Positions 43,973 through 54,497 of a DNA stretch of 64,000 bases are shown here, in pieces; positions within the stretch are counted from its first letter, which is position 1; every line of letters begins with the position of its first letter. Location of the stretch: NCBI GenBank assembly GCA_963721495.1, contig CAVRMG010000010.1, positions 10,196 to 74,195 of the forward strand, given 5' to 3'. Position numbers and translations under genes: made by a program. The stretch is from an uncultured Actinomycetota bacterium. Lineage in GTDB: Bacteria; Actinomycetota; Actinomycetes; Mycobacteriales; Mycobacteriaceae. The notes beneath the pieces were generated by a model. It saw only the letters and a program-made list of their open reading frames with translations, was not told the DNA's origin and searched no databases.

Positions 43973-43990
43973 ACTAGGTACGAGGGTCCG
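43961..43990 (+). repeat. boundary motif copy B
   Basis: GCCTCGAAATAGACTAGGTACGAGGGTCCG; contains the STAND-1 stop codon. Confidence 0.65.
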
Positions 43991-44143
43991 TCGTGGATGC
44001 GCCGCAGTCAGGCGTATTGGGAAGGGCGCGGCCGGTGGTGGCCGGACGCCAATCGGCGAGAACCCATGAAGCCGTGCCGTGACTAGTAGCATCAATCACG
44101 CACTTCGTGGCCTTCAGGATGCCGATGAGGGAAGGGCTTAGGC

Positions 44144-44914
44144 GTGCGAACCATATCTGAGCTAGCTCCCTGGCTGATGATCGCCATTGGATTCGTGTTT
44201 TTCGCCGCCATCAGCGCCGGTTGCCGGTTTGCCCTCATCGGGCTGGCGTCGCCGGAACGAAGTGCTCAGTTGGAAGGACACGCCGACAAGCTGCTCGGTG
44301 TCTTTGGGGCGACTTTCGCTTTCCTAATCGGCTTTGCCATCACGATCACCTGGTCGGGGGTGGGCGCTGGCCAAGACGCGGTCGACCTCCAGGCATCCTC
44401 AGCGCAGCAACTTTCTTGGGCCGCGAGTGAGATCCAGGACAAAGCCGGCGCCGACGAGGTCAACGGCAATCTACGAAACTACCTTCACACAGTCGTGAAC
44501 AAGGATGGACCAGCGCTTGGGGATGGGAATTTCAGTGCGCTGCCCTCTGCCGAAACATTCGACACACTCCAGAACAGTGTGCACCGAGTGGCATCGGGCC
44601 ACGGGAACACGGACCCGGTGGCGAGCGGAATGGTATCGGCGGCTGCATCGTTGACCGCCGCCCAAAGTAAAGTAACTGCGGTAGCGCAGCGATCGCTTCC
44701 GCCAATTTTGATCGCGCTCATCGTCTTGTCCGGGTCACTGCTGGCCGCCACGGTAGGCATGTCTGCCCTGACGGTGAGACCGCCCTATCTCATGTATGCC
44801 TGGGCATTCCTCGCTGCAGTGTCTGTCGCCGTGGTGTTGATGATCGACTACCCCTTCAGTGGTGGAATCACGGTCAACCTCGGACCACTGAGTGTTGCTG
44901 CCGACTCCATTTAG
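44144..44914 (+). CDS. DUF4239 (bestrophin-like) membrane protein
   Basis: Four hydrophobic segments, FAFLIGFAI..W, soluble middle region, C-terminal IDYPFSG. Confidence 0.7.
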   Translation: MRTISELAPWLMIAIGFVFFAAISAGCRFALIGLASPERSAQLEGHADKLLGVFGATFAFLIGFAITITWSGVGAGQDAVDLQASSAQQLSWAASEIQDKAGADEVNGNLRNYLHTVVNKDGPALGDGNFSALPSAETFDTLQNSVHRVASGHGNTDPVASGMVSAAASLTAAQSKVTAVAQRSLPPILIALIVLSGSLLAATVGMSALTVRPPYLMYAWAFLAAVSVAVVLMIDYPFSGGITVNLGPLSVAADSI

Positions 44915-45036
44915 CGCTGCACGCGCGCGCATTTTGTCACCAGGTCGCGGTGGAACGGATTGCTTCTACCAGCGTGCGATGGAACCTGCCTTGCCGGACT
45001 TCGCTCTGAGGTCGACCGGTCAGCGCACCTTCGCGC

Positions 45037-45068
45037 GTCTCGAAACAGACGACATACGAGGGTCTCAA
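45037..45068 (+). repeat. boundary motif copy C
   Basis: GTCTCGAAACAGACGACATACGAGGGTCTCAA, 30/32 identical to copy E; contains the methyltransferase stop on the minus strand. Confidence 0.85.
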
Positions 45069-46235
45069 TGCCCCGCGTCACTCACTCTCCGGCAGATGAC
45101 GAGGGCCTCGACGTAGTCCCAGCGATAGCGGTCGGGGGCCTCCGCGACGCGCTCCTCGAGCTCTCCGAGGAAGTCGGCGAGGAGACCGGCAGCGCGTGCC
45201 TCGCCCTCGCGCGCGAAGGCACGGAGGAGGAGCGGCCCTCCCCATGCGGTCACGCTCTGGACGTAGTCACGCGCGAACACCGCGGAATCGTCGTGCCCGT
45301 AGGGGTTGTCGAGACGGAAAAGCTCGATGCTCTCGAGCTCGAGGCCCGCGAAGCTCCCGCCGCCCGCCTCGAAGGGAGCCCGGAACTCGTCGAGTGTGCG
45401 CGACCAGACCGGAACGACGGCCGCGGCGACGGTGGCGCCGCCGATGCGCCCGGCGCGGCGCCAGTCGGCGAGCAGCAGGTTCATGTCCCCGATGATCTCG
45501 ACGTAAAGCCCCGTCCGGTCCGGGCATGGAGCGGGCGAGGCCGGGATGGCGGCGATAAACCACCCCCCGGACGCCAGCTCTAGTGAGCGCATCTCGAGCA
45601 TTCGCTCCCACTGCCGGTCCGCGGCGACGCGCCAGGCACGTCGCTCGTCCTCGTCCACGTGGTCCGGGTAGCCGGGGAAGACCGAGCCGCTCGAGGCCAG
45701 GCCGGCGGCGTCGGCAATCCAGTGCATGGTCGTCCCGGTCACCGCGACATGCACTGTGCCTCGTGGAAAGGAGGGCGCCTGGTGGAGAGGGATTCCGGCC
45801 ATGGAGATGACCGTGGCGGGAGGCGGGTCGCGATCGAGCGCTCGTCGACAGGCCTCGCCGTGGGCGTCCGGCGAGGCGTAATGGGCGCCCGTGCCCGTGT
45901 CGGCGACCCCGCTACCGGACTCGGCCAGTGCAGGGATCACGACCATCACGCCCTGGTCCACCTCCGCGCCGAAGGCCTCCCGGAGGTGAGCGGCGGCGAC
46001 CCGCCACGCGTTCGTCGGGAGATCAACGAGCGCGTAGATCAGCGGCCGGCCGGCGCGCTGCGCCACGAGATCGCGGATGAGGCCGTGAGAGTTCACGCCG
46101 TCGGCAGCGCCCAGATCGGCCACGCAGAGCAGCGGGCTCGCTCGCCAGCCGCTCCGCGGCGGCCATCACGGCCGGGTGGGTCGCCTCGAAGGCGGCGCGC
46201 TGCGAGAGGGCGTGCCGCGCATAGTCGTCCGCCAT
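45065..46235 (-). CDS. SABATH (Methyltransf_7)-like SAM-dependent methyltransferase (apparent +1 indel ~46135)
   Basis: MADDYARHALSQ then VADLGAADGVNS, VDLPTNAW, TTMHWI, RSLELASGG, resembling IADLGCSSGPNT / NDLPxNDF / SLHWLS / RAEEL motifs. Confidence 0.78.
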
Positions 46236-46376
46236 GCTCGAGAGCTCGGGTCGACGTGACGGCGTGGTGCTTCCCTCCCGCGCAGCGCCGACGCGGTCCG
46301 GACGGCGCGGGGCCTATCGTCCCACGTGGCCGGCGACCCGCCAAGCATCACAACTGAGGGTCCGGCATCAGATCGC

Positions 46377-46419
46377 GTCTCGAAATCGACGACATCTGCG
46401 ACTCGCGGAAGTTCGTCTC
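46377..46419 (+). repeat. boundary motif copy D
   Basis: GTCTCGAAATCGACGACAT...TTCGTCTC collinear with copy E over 43 bp. Confidence 0.8.
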
Positions 46420-46497
46420 AAAACACGTGTATCCGAGGACCGGGCCGGATCCGCCGATGTATGAGGTAGGCGCGTGTCGGTGTGACATTCTGCGGGG

Positions 46498-49154
46498 GTG
46501 TTCGCTGATCCGGCGGCTGCCCCCTCGGGGGTGGTGACGTTTCTGTTCACCGATGTTGAGGGGTCGACACGTCGATGGGAGAACGACGCTGATGGCATGC
46601 GGGCGGCACTGGCCGCACACGACGCGGTGTTGCGCTCCGCGATCGAGTCGCACGACGGCTTCATGTTCAAGCACACCGGCGACGGGGTGTGCGCAGCATT
46701 CTCCTCGCCGAGGTCCGCCGTCGACGCCGCAGTGGCTGCGCAGCGGGCGCTGGAGTTGCCGGTGCGGATGGGTATCGCGACCGGCGAGGCCGAACTGCGC
46801 GACGCGGACTACTTCGGGACGGTGCTCAACCGGGCCGCGCGGGTGATGGCCGCCGGGCATGGCGGTCAGATTCTGGTGGCCGACTCCACTGCGGTTCTGC
46901 TCAGCGGGGTTGATCTTCTCGATCTGGGACCGCGACGGTTGCGTGATGTGTCGGCGCCGGTGGGGGTGTTCCAGGTCCGAGCACCCGGACTGCGGACAGA
47001 ATTTCCGCTCATTGCGGGGAGTCGACTCGAATCCCGGAAATTTGCGTCCGGCGATCACGCGCTTGATCGGCCGCGACGGCGAGGTCGCCAATCTTCAAGC
47101 GGCCCTGCGCTCGCATCGGTTGGTGACATTGGCGGGCGTCGGCGGCGTGGGCAAGACCCGGCTCGCGGTGGAAGTCGCGACGCGGTTAGCCGACGAATTT
47201 GTCGACGGGGTGTGGCTTTTCGAGTTGGCGGCGGTGGCTGATCCTGCTGCGGTACCGGATGCGGTGGCGGCGGTGTTGGGCATCACTCAACAACCCGGCA
47301 AGAGCGTCGGCGAGTCGGTGGCGTCGGCGTTGGAGGGCCGGTCGCGGCTGTTGGTGTTCGACAACTGTGAGCACGTCGTGGACAGCGTCGCGGATCTGGT
47401 CGCCGCGATCCTCGCGGCGTCGGCCACCGTGAAAGTGTTGGCCACCAGTCGTGAGGGAATCGGTGTCGCTGACGAACTTTGTGGCGGGTGCCGTCACTGG
47501 ACGTTGGTGCGGCGGTGGAGTTGTTTGTCGAACGCGCTCAGAGCATGGTGTCGGACACGTTGGCCGATGAGGCGACCGCCGTGGAGGACGTGTGTCGTCG
47601 CCTCGACGGGATCCCGTTGGCGATCGAGTTGGCGGCCTCGCGGATGGCGTCGATGACGGCGGCAGAGGTGCGGGATCGTCTTGATGACCGGTTCAAACTA
47701 CTGGTGGGGTCACGACGCGGATTGGAGCGCCACCAGACACTGCGTCACGCGGTGGCGTGGTCTTACGACCTGCTCGATGACGCGGAAAAGTCGGTGCTGG
47801 AACGGTGTTCGGTGTTCTCTGGCGGATTCGACCTCGAAAGCGCCTGCGCGGTGGCCGGACCCGATGACATCGACGACTACGCCATCCTTGATCTGCTGGA
47901 CGCGCTGGTGCGCAAGTCGCTGCTGATCGCCGACCGGTCAGCGGGGCGGACCCGATTTTCGATGCTGGAGACGATCCGCCAGTTCGCCGAGGAACAACTC
48001 GTCGCAAGTGGCGAGGCCACCGAGGTCCGCACCGCCCATGCCCGTTACTTCGCGGGGCGAGAAACCGACATCATGTCCTTGTGGGATAGCCCCAGGCAGC
48101 TCGAGGCCTACGCGTGGTTCACCGTCGAGCTCGCTAATCTGCGTGCCGCGTTCCGGTGGGCCGCCGACCAGGACGATTTGGATGTCGCCGCGCAAATCGC
48201 AATATCGGCGGCGTGGTTCGGCTTTGCGACAGAGAGTTACGAACCGATCGCGTGGGCCGAAGAGCTGATCGAGCCGGCACACGCCAATGACCATCCCCGG
48301 CTCACGGCGCTGTATGCGATGGCGTCGCTGTGCTATATGGCTGGACGGATCGATCCGGGTATTCGCTACACCGAGGCCGCCATGAAGGCGATCACCATTG
48401 GCAGCGACCACGTCCCGTACGGCGCCGATGCCTTCGTTGGCAGTGCCTACCCTGCTGTCGGCCAGTTCGAACGGTGGATTCAGTGGTGTCGCGCTCAGCT
48501 CGCTCGTGGTCGCGACACCTACTCGCTCACCACGACGAGCCTGGTCATCGGACTGGCGGTTACCGGCTCCGCCGACGAGGCGATGGAAGCCGCGAACGGT
48601 CTGATCGACGCCGCCGAAGCTACCGGCAACCCGTTCGCGCTGTCGTGGGCGCTTCTCGCCTACGGCGGGGCCGTCCGTGACGCCGATCCGGTCCGCTCGC
48701 TCGCGGTCCTTCGACGGGCCCTGGTGATCGCCCAAGACAGCGGGAACCGCTTCGTCGAGTCCACGACTGCGTACACCCTGGGCGGCGACGAGGCTGAACA
48801 CGGCGACCCGCTGGCGGCCTTCGATTACTTCACCGTGGCGATCGGCAACTTTCACGACTCGGGCAATACCTACATGCTCCGCGCCCCCCTGGGGTTTCTT
48901 GCCGCGTTTTTCGACCGGCTCGGACGATACGAGCCGGCGGCCACCATCGCCGGGTTCGTCGTCTCAAGCCCTCTCGCTGCACTTCCCGTCATGGCACACT
49001 TCGTCACCGCGAATGCTCACCTCCGCGATGTGCTCGGTGCGACCTACGAGTCGCACGCCGAAAGGGCGAGGCGATGACCACCGCTGAGATTGTGACGTAC
49101 GCATTCGCCCAGATCGACCACGCCCGAGCGGAACTGAATGCCGTCTCGAAATAG
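46498..49154 (+). CDS. class III nucleotide cyclase-STAND NTPase-TPR-like protein, copy 2 (apparent indels ~47008, ~47478, ~49060)
   Basis: Paralog of 41324-43972 across several frames: FTDVEGST, KHTGDG, GVGGVGKT, FDNCEH; ends ...LNAVSK* at TAG 49154. Confidence 0.88.
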
Positions 49155-49185
49155 ACGACATACGAGAGTCTCAACACTTCGTCTC
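49143..49185 (+). repeat. boundary motif copy E
   Basis: GTCTCGAAATAGACGACATACGAGAGTCTCAACACTTCGTCTC; contains the STAND-2 stop codon. Confidence 0.85.
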
Positions 49186-49241
49186 GAAGATGGCGCAGCG
49201 ATATGACGGACATCGCTGACCAACGGTGACACGATACTGAC

Positions 49242-52200
49242 GTGGACCCCAGCGGGCACGACGGTCGCGGTGCACTGACTGCAACGGGGTTGTCGTGTGG
49301 GTCGTGTGGGACGGAACTGTCACCGAACTCCAAGTTCTGTAACGAGTGCGGTGCACCGGTCACACAGCTCAGCCGATCGGCGGAGTACAAGCAGGTGACG
49401 GTGCTGTTCGCCGATGTGGTGCGCTCGATGGACATCGCGGCCACCCTGGATATGGAGCGGCTGCGCGAAATCATGACCGACGTCGTGGAGCGGTCGGCGG
49501 CGGTGGCGCAGCGCTACGGCGGAACCGTGGAGCACACCGGCGACGGCGTGATGGCGATCTTCGGCGCCCCAACGGCGTTGGAGGACCACGCTTTTCGGGC
49601 ATGTGTGGCCGCGCTGGCCATCCAGGACGAGATGAAGCAGTTGGCCACCGAGGTGCAGCGCCGCGACGGTGTGGCGCTGCAAATACGGGTCGGTTTGAAT
49701 TCGGGCCGGGTGATCGCCGGCGACATCGGTTCTGGGTCGTTGGGCTACACAGCAACCGGGCGACACGTCGGGTTTGCCCAGCGGATGGAATCGGTAGCAC
49801 CCGCAGGCGGGGTGATGCTCTCGGAGTCGACCGCCCAGCTGGTCGAGGACCTCGTAGTGCTGGGTGAACCGGAGTGGGTGCACATCAAGGGGGCCGACGA
49901 ACCGGTTCCGACGCGCCGGCTGATGGGGATCGGCCCGCGGCACGGAGCGGTCGGGCGCACGGAGGCGAGCCTGGTCGGTCGGCGCTGGGAGATGGCGGCC
50001 CTCGACGCCATGGTGGACCGTGCGATCGAAGGGCGCGGTGGTGTGGTGAACGTGGTCGGACCGCCGGGCATCGGCAAGAGCCGGACGGCCCGGGAGACGG
50101 CGGCCGTGGCTGCCGGTCGCGGCGTCGAGGTGGTGTGGACCTTCTGCGAATCCCACGCCCGTGACGTTCCCTTCCGTGTGGTGGCTCAGCTGCTGCGCGT
50201 GCGCACCGGCGTGGCAGCCCTGGACGGCGGCGCCGCCCGCGCTCGGGTTCGGGAACAAGTGCCCGACGCCGACCCGCAGGATTTGCTGTTGCTTGATGAT
50301 CTGCTCGGCATCGCCGACACCGAAGTGCCGCTGCCCGCCATCGATCCGGATGCCCGTCGGCGCCGGTTGACCGCGCTGATCAACACCGTGTCGCTGGCCC
50401 GCACCGACCCGGCGCTGTTCATCATCGAGGATGCGCACTGGATCGATGCGGTCAGCGACTCGATGATCGCCGACTTTCTCACCGTCATTCTGCACACCCC
50501 ATCAATGGTGCTGATCACCTCGCGCCCCGAATATGACGGAGCGCTGACGCGGGTGCACGGCGCCCAGACGATAGCCCTTGCCCCACTGGATGATTCCGAC
50601 ACCACGACACTGCTGGGTGAACTGCATGGGTTCGGACCCCTCGGTGGTCGAGCTGGCGGCGGTCATCGCGGAGCGGGCCGCCGGGAACCCGTTTTTCACC
50701 GAAGAGATGGTGCGCGAATTAGCCCAGCGTGGCGTGCTGACCGGTGAGCGCGGCGGCTATGTCTGTCGCGCCGATGTCGCCGACGTCGCCGTGCCGGCCA
50801 CGGTGCAGGCGGCCATCGAGGCCCGCATCGACCGCCTGGACACCCCGGCCAAGCAGACGTTGAACGCCGCGTCGGTGATCGGCGCCCGCTTCGAAGCGGA
50901 GCTGCTGTCCGCGTTGGGCATCGATGCGGTGTTCGATGAGCTGCTGGGCGCCGAGCTGATCGATCAGGTGCGGTTCACCCCGAGCGCCGAGTACGCCTTC
51001 CACCACCCGCTGATCCGTGCGGTGGCCTACGAATCACAGCTGAAATCCGATCGCGCCCAGGTGCACCGGCGCCTGGCCGCGGCAATCCAAGAGCGTGACC
51101 CGGGGTCGGTGGACGAGAACGCGGCGCTGATCGCCGAACATCTGCGAGGCCGCCGGCGATCTGCACGCGGCCTATGGCTGGCACATGCGCGCCGCCGCGT
51201 GGTCGACCAACCGCGATCTCGTCGCGGCCCGGCTCAGCTGGGAGCGAGCACGCCAGATCGCCGACGCGCTGCCTGCCGACGACCCCGACCAGGTGTCGAT
51301 GCGCATCGCCCCACGCACCATGCTGTGTGCCACCGACTGGCAAGCCCGAGAGGTCCAGGAAAGCCAGGGCCGCTTCGCGGAGCTGCGGGAGTTGTGCAGC
51401 GCGGCCGGAGACAAGGTCTCGCTGGCCATCGGCATGACCGGGCCGGCCACCGAGCTCATGTACGCCGGGCGCGCGCGTGAGGCGGCGCGGCTGTCATCCG
51501 AACAGATGGCGCTGCTCGAGTCGATCGGCGATCCCACCCCGACCATGGGGTTGGCGGTCATCGCCTTCTGCAACTGGCTCGGTGTCGGTGAATTCGGCGA
51601 GGTCTTGCGGTGGTCGCAGACCATCGTCGACCTGGCCGCCGGTGACCCCGTCAAGGGCGCCGGCTTCGGAATGGGATCACCGCTGGCGATCGCGTTGGCA
51701 TGGCGCGGCACTGCTCGGTGGTGGCTGGGCCGTCCCGGATGGCGCCAAGACCTCCACGACGCCGTCGCGATGGCCCGACGCAGCAACGCGGAAACCCTCT
51801 CCGGTGCCGTCGCCTGGACCTACGGTTTCGCGATGCAGTACGGGGTGCTTCGGGCCGATGACTCCGTGGTGCGCGCGAGCGAGGATGCGGTGCAGACCGC
51901 CCACAGGGCCAGCAGCGATCGCGCAATGGGCTTGGCCGGGTACACGTTGGCTGTCGGGCTGCTGAACCAGGACGCCGCGGCCGACCGTCAACGCGGGCTT
52001 GAATTGATGATGCAGACCCGCGACATATGGCTGCGCAAGCGTGCCCTCTTCCTGATCCCGGTCACCGACTTGTGGGCCGCCCGGGAAACGGCCAGGCGCG
52101 GCGACCGCGATGCTGCCATACCGGTGATGCGCCAAGCCGTCGACGAGCTGCGCCAGGCAGGACACCTCTTCTATGGCGTTTGGGGCACCGGCGTTCTGGT

Positions 52201-52502
52201 GGAGACGCTGCTGGAGCGTGGCGCCGAGGGCGACCTGGCCGAAGCCCAAGAGGCGTTCGACCGGTTGGCGAACCTGCTGGGCCGACGACGGTTCGGCGAT
52301 GCGTCGAGATCACGCTGCTGCGGCTGCGCGCGCTGCTGTCCCGGGCCCGCGGCGACGACATTGCCTACCGGGACTTGGTGAGATCGCTATCGCGCGCATG
52401 GCGGAATCGCTTGGCTTCGAAGGACATATCGCCTGGGCCGAGGCGATGGTCGACGAGCCGCACTTAGAATCAATTGACACCGCCGGCGTCGCTGTCAGAT
52501 GA
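49242..52502 (+). CDS. zinc ribbon-class III cyclase-AAA ATPase-TPR-like protein, copy 1 (several apparent indels)
   Basis: CGSC..CNECG, VLFADVVRS, TGDG, AQRMES, GPPGIGKS, IIEDAHW, GNPFF, YAFHHPL, across frames. Confidence 0.88.
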
Positions 52503-54221
52503 ATCGCCGGCCGAGGAATTGCCGCCAGTCGAGGACGAGCGGCTGGCGCTGATGCGGCTGAGGACGATCCGGCGGTCGTGCGCCGGGTCGGCAGCCAGCG
52601 GTCCCGGTGGTCGGGTGGTCGGCGTCCGTTGCCGCGGTGCCGAAACCGCGCGGCTGCTCGGCGCGCCGAGCGAATCGCGCACCGCCGGCCGAGGCTTGGC
52701 CGGCTGACCGGCAGGCTTCGCCGCGCTCTGGGCGTCGAGCGCGCTCGGCCGGTAAGGCGCGGGCGTTGCCGTGGTGGACGACTTCGGAAGCACTGGCTGG
52801 CGCCGACGACACCTGCCGGGATCCGCGTCGGCGGTTCGAGTCAGCCGTTCGTCGTCGATCCGTCGACATCGCCCGCCGGGTTCCCGTCGCCGCTCCCGTC
52901 GGCGGTCACCTGCTCGGTTTGGGTCGGCGTGCTAGTCGACATCACCTGCGGGGAGATGTCAGCTTGCGGTTTCGGTGGCCGGTGCCGCAGGAGTGCACCG
53001 GCGCGGGACTGCTCAGCGGCGATGGCGCACCGAAGAGGGCCAGCGGCGTTGTTGATCCCCTCGCCGATCGCGTTGACGAGATCGGTGGCCACCGTCACCG
53101 GGTCGAGCGGCGGGATCAGCCGTGCCGGGGTGGGCTCCCACGGCGGGATGCTGCGGTCATAGCCCAGTTCCACGATCACCCGGAAGAACGGCTCGACCAC
53201 GTCGATCAACGACTCGGGCACCCCCAGGGTGCGCAGCGGACCGAACAACGGCAGGTCCTGGGTCTCGAAGAAGTAGTAGCTGGTGTCGCCGTAGCTGACT
53301 CTGGATAGCCGGCGACGTCGACGGATCGGGAGCCAGGCTGACGTCGAACGGGTACACGTGCACGTAGAACGACGCCCAGCACCGCGTTCAACTCGGCGAT
53401 GACATTGAGCGGATACAACGGGAAATCGGCGAAGCAGTCGTACTGCCGGGTGATTTCGACCGTGTCGAACTGGGTGTCGGTCGGCGCGGGGCCGTTGAAG
53501 GACACAATCGAGGATCGGAATGTAGAGGCCCGGGAACCGGGCAGCAAGGCCGCCGTTGGGCAGATTGGGGTCACCGCTCAGCACGAAGTCGATATCGGGG
53601 GCCGTGGTTCCCGCCGGGTACTGCTCGGCGAGCCTTGCGCTTCTCCAGGTTCGCGACGGCCGCGCCTTGCGAGTAGCCGTAGATCACCAGATGGTCGTTG
53701 CGGTGGTTCGGCCATCGCCGTCTCCAGATCGGCCGACCCCGGCCTGGACCGACTGATCGACGGTGAGGTCGAAGAGCCCCGAGAGTTTCCACCACGGCTC
53801 GTCCGGCCACGCTGGGCCACCAGGCCCAAGATATTCCGGGGGCCCGAGCGCGAGCCACGAGGAGGCGGAACAAGCCCCGGTGACGGGCCAAAACTCCTCG
53901 GGCGTGGTCACCGCGACGGGCTCGATCGTCTGGCCCGGATGAGTCGGCGCGATGAACTGGTTCATGACGGCGTCGACGTAGGCGTCGTCGGGCGTCGGGC
54001 AGGTGGTCGCGCACATGATCAAGGCGGTCGTAGTCCGGCGGCGGCAGCTCACCGTCGGCGGCACGCGTCGACGACCGGCACCGGCACAACCGTGGCCATC
54101 ACCACCAGGACGGCGACCCGATCGACACCGTCATCCGGGTGGCGGTGCGCCGAACATTCCGTACTCCCAGCGCGACCGCCAGTGCCCCGACGCGACCGAT
54201 GTACTTTGCGGTACCCATCAT
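52470..54221 (-). CDS. secreted PE-PPE (cutinase-like serine hydrolase) domain protein; many frameshifts, possibly a pseudogene
   Basis: MGTAKYIGRVGALAVALGV after GGAGG; YGYSQGA, GDPNLPNGG, QYDCFADFPLYPLN, DLPLFGPLR, ELGYDRS; low-complexity tail. Confidence 0.75.
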
Positions 54222-54285
54222 CCGTCCTCCATCTGATGTCCTGGCGAAACGATGGCCCACCGCGTCCGGTGTCGAGTTCCGCGAG

Positions 54286-54372
54286 GGGAATCGTTGCTCG
54301 CGTGCGGCTGCGACGGAGCTCAGTAGTGCACCACTGCAATCTCGCCGATTCCGACGCGGACTACTTAGTCGC
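54286..54372 (-). promoter_or_regulatory. conserved upstream element, copy 1 (PE-PPE gene)
   Basis: Minus strand GCGACTAAGTAGTCCGCGTCGGAATCGGCGAGATTGCAGTGGTGCACTACTGAGCTC...CGCGAGCAACGATTCCC. Confidence 0.7.
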
Positions 54373-54497
54373 GGCGTCGGGCTGCTGCCGCCCCACGCCG
54401 TACGGCACTTGTGCGGCAGATGGCGGCGCTGATCGCGAGACTATCGCTGAGCTAGCGGTGAAACGATACGGAGCGTGAGGCGATACCCAGATCGGCG

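Noticed and set aside
41307-46490. TGTGACAT upstream of both STAND genes as a CRP site
   Set aside because: No TCACA half-site at N6; more simply a shared paralogous promoter for leaderless transcripts
41237-49185. CRISPR array, classical integron attC, or dif site
   Set aside because: Spacing is kilobases, there is no GTTRRRY/RYYYAAC core, no cas or intI gene, and only a short CGACAT overlap with the actinobacterial dif consensus
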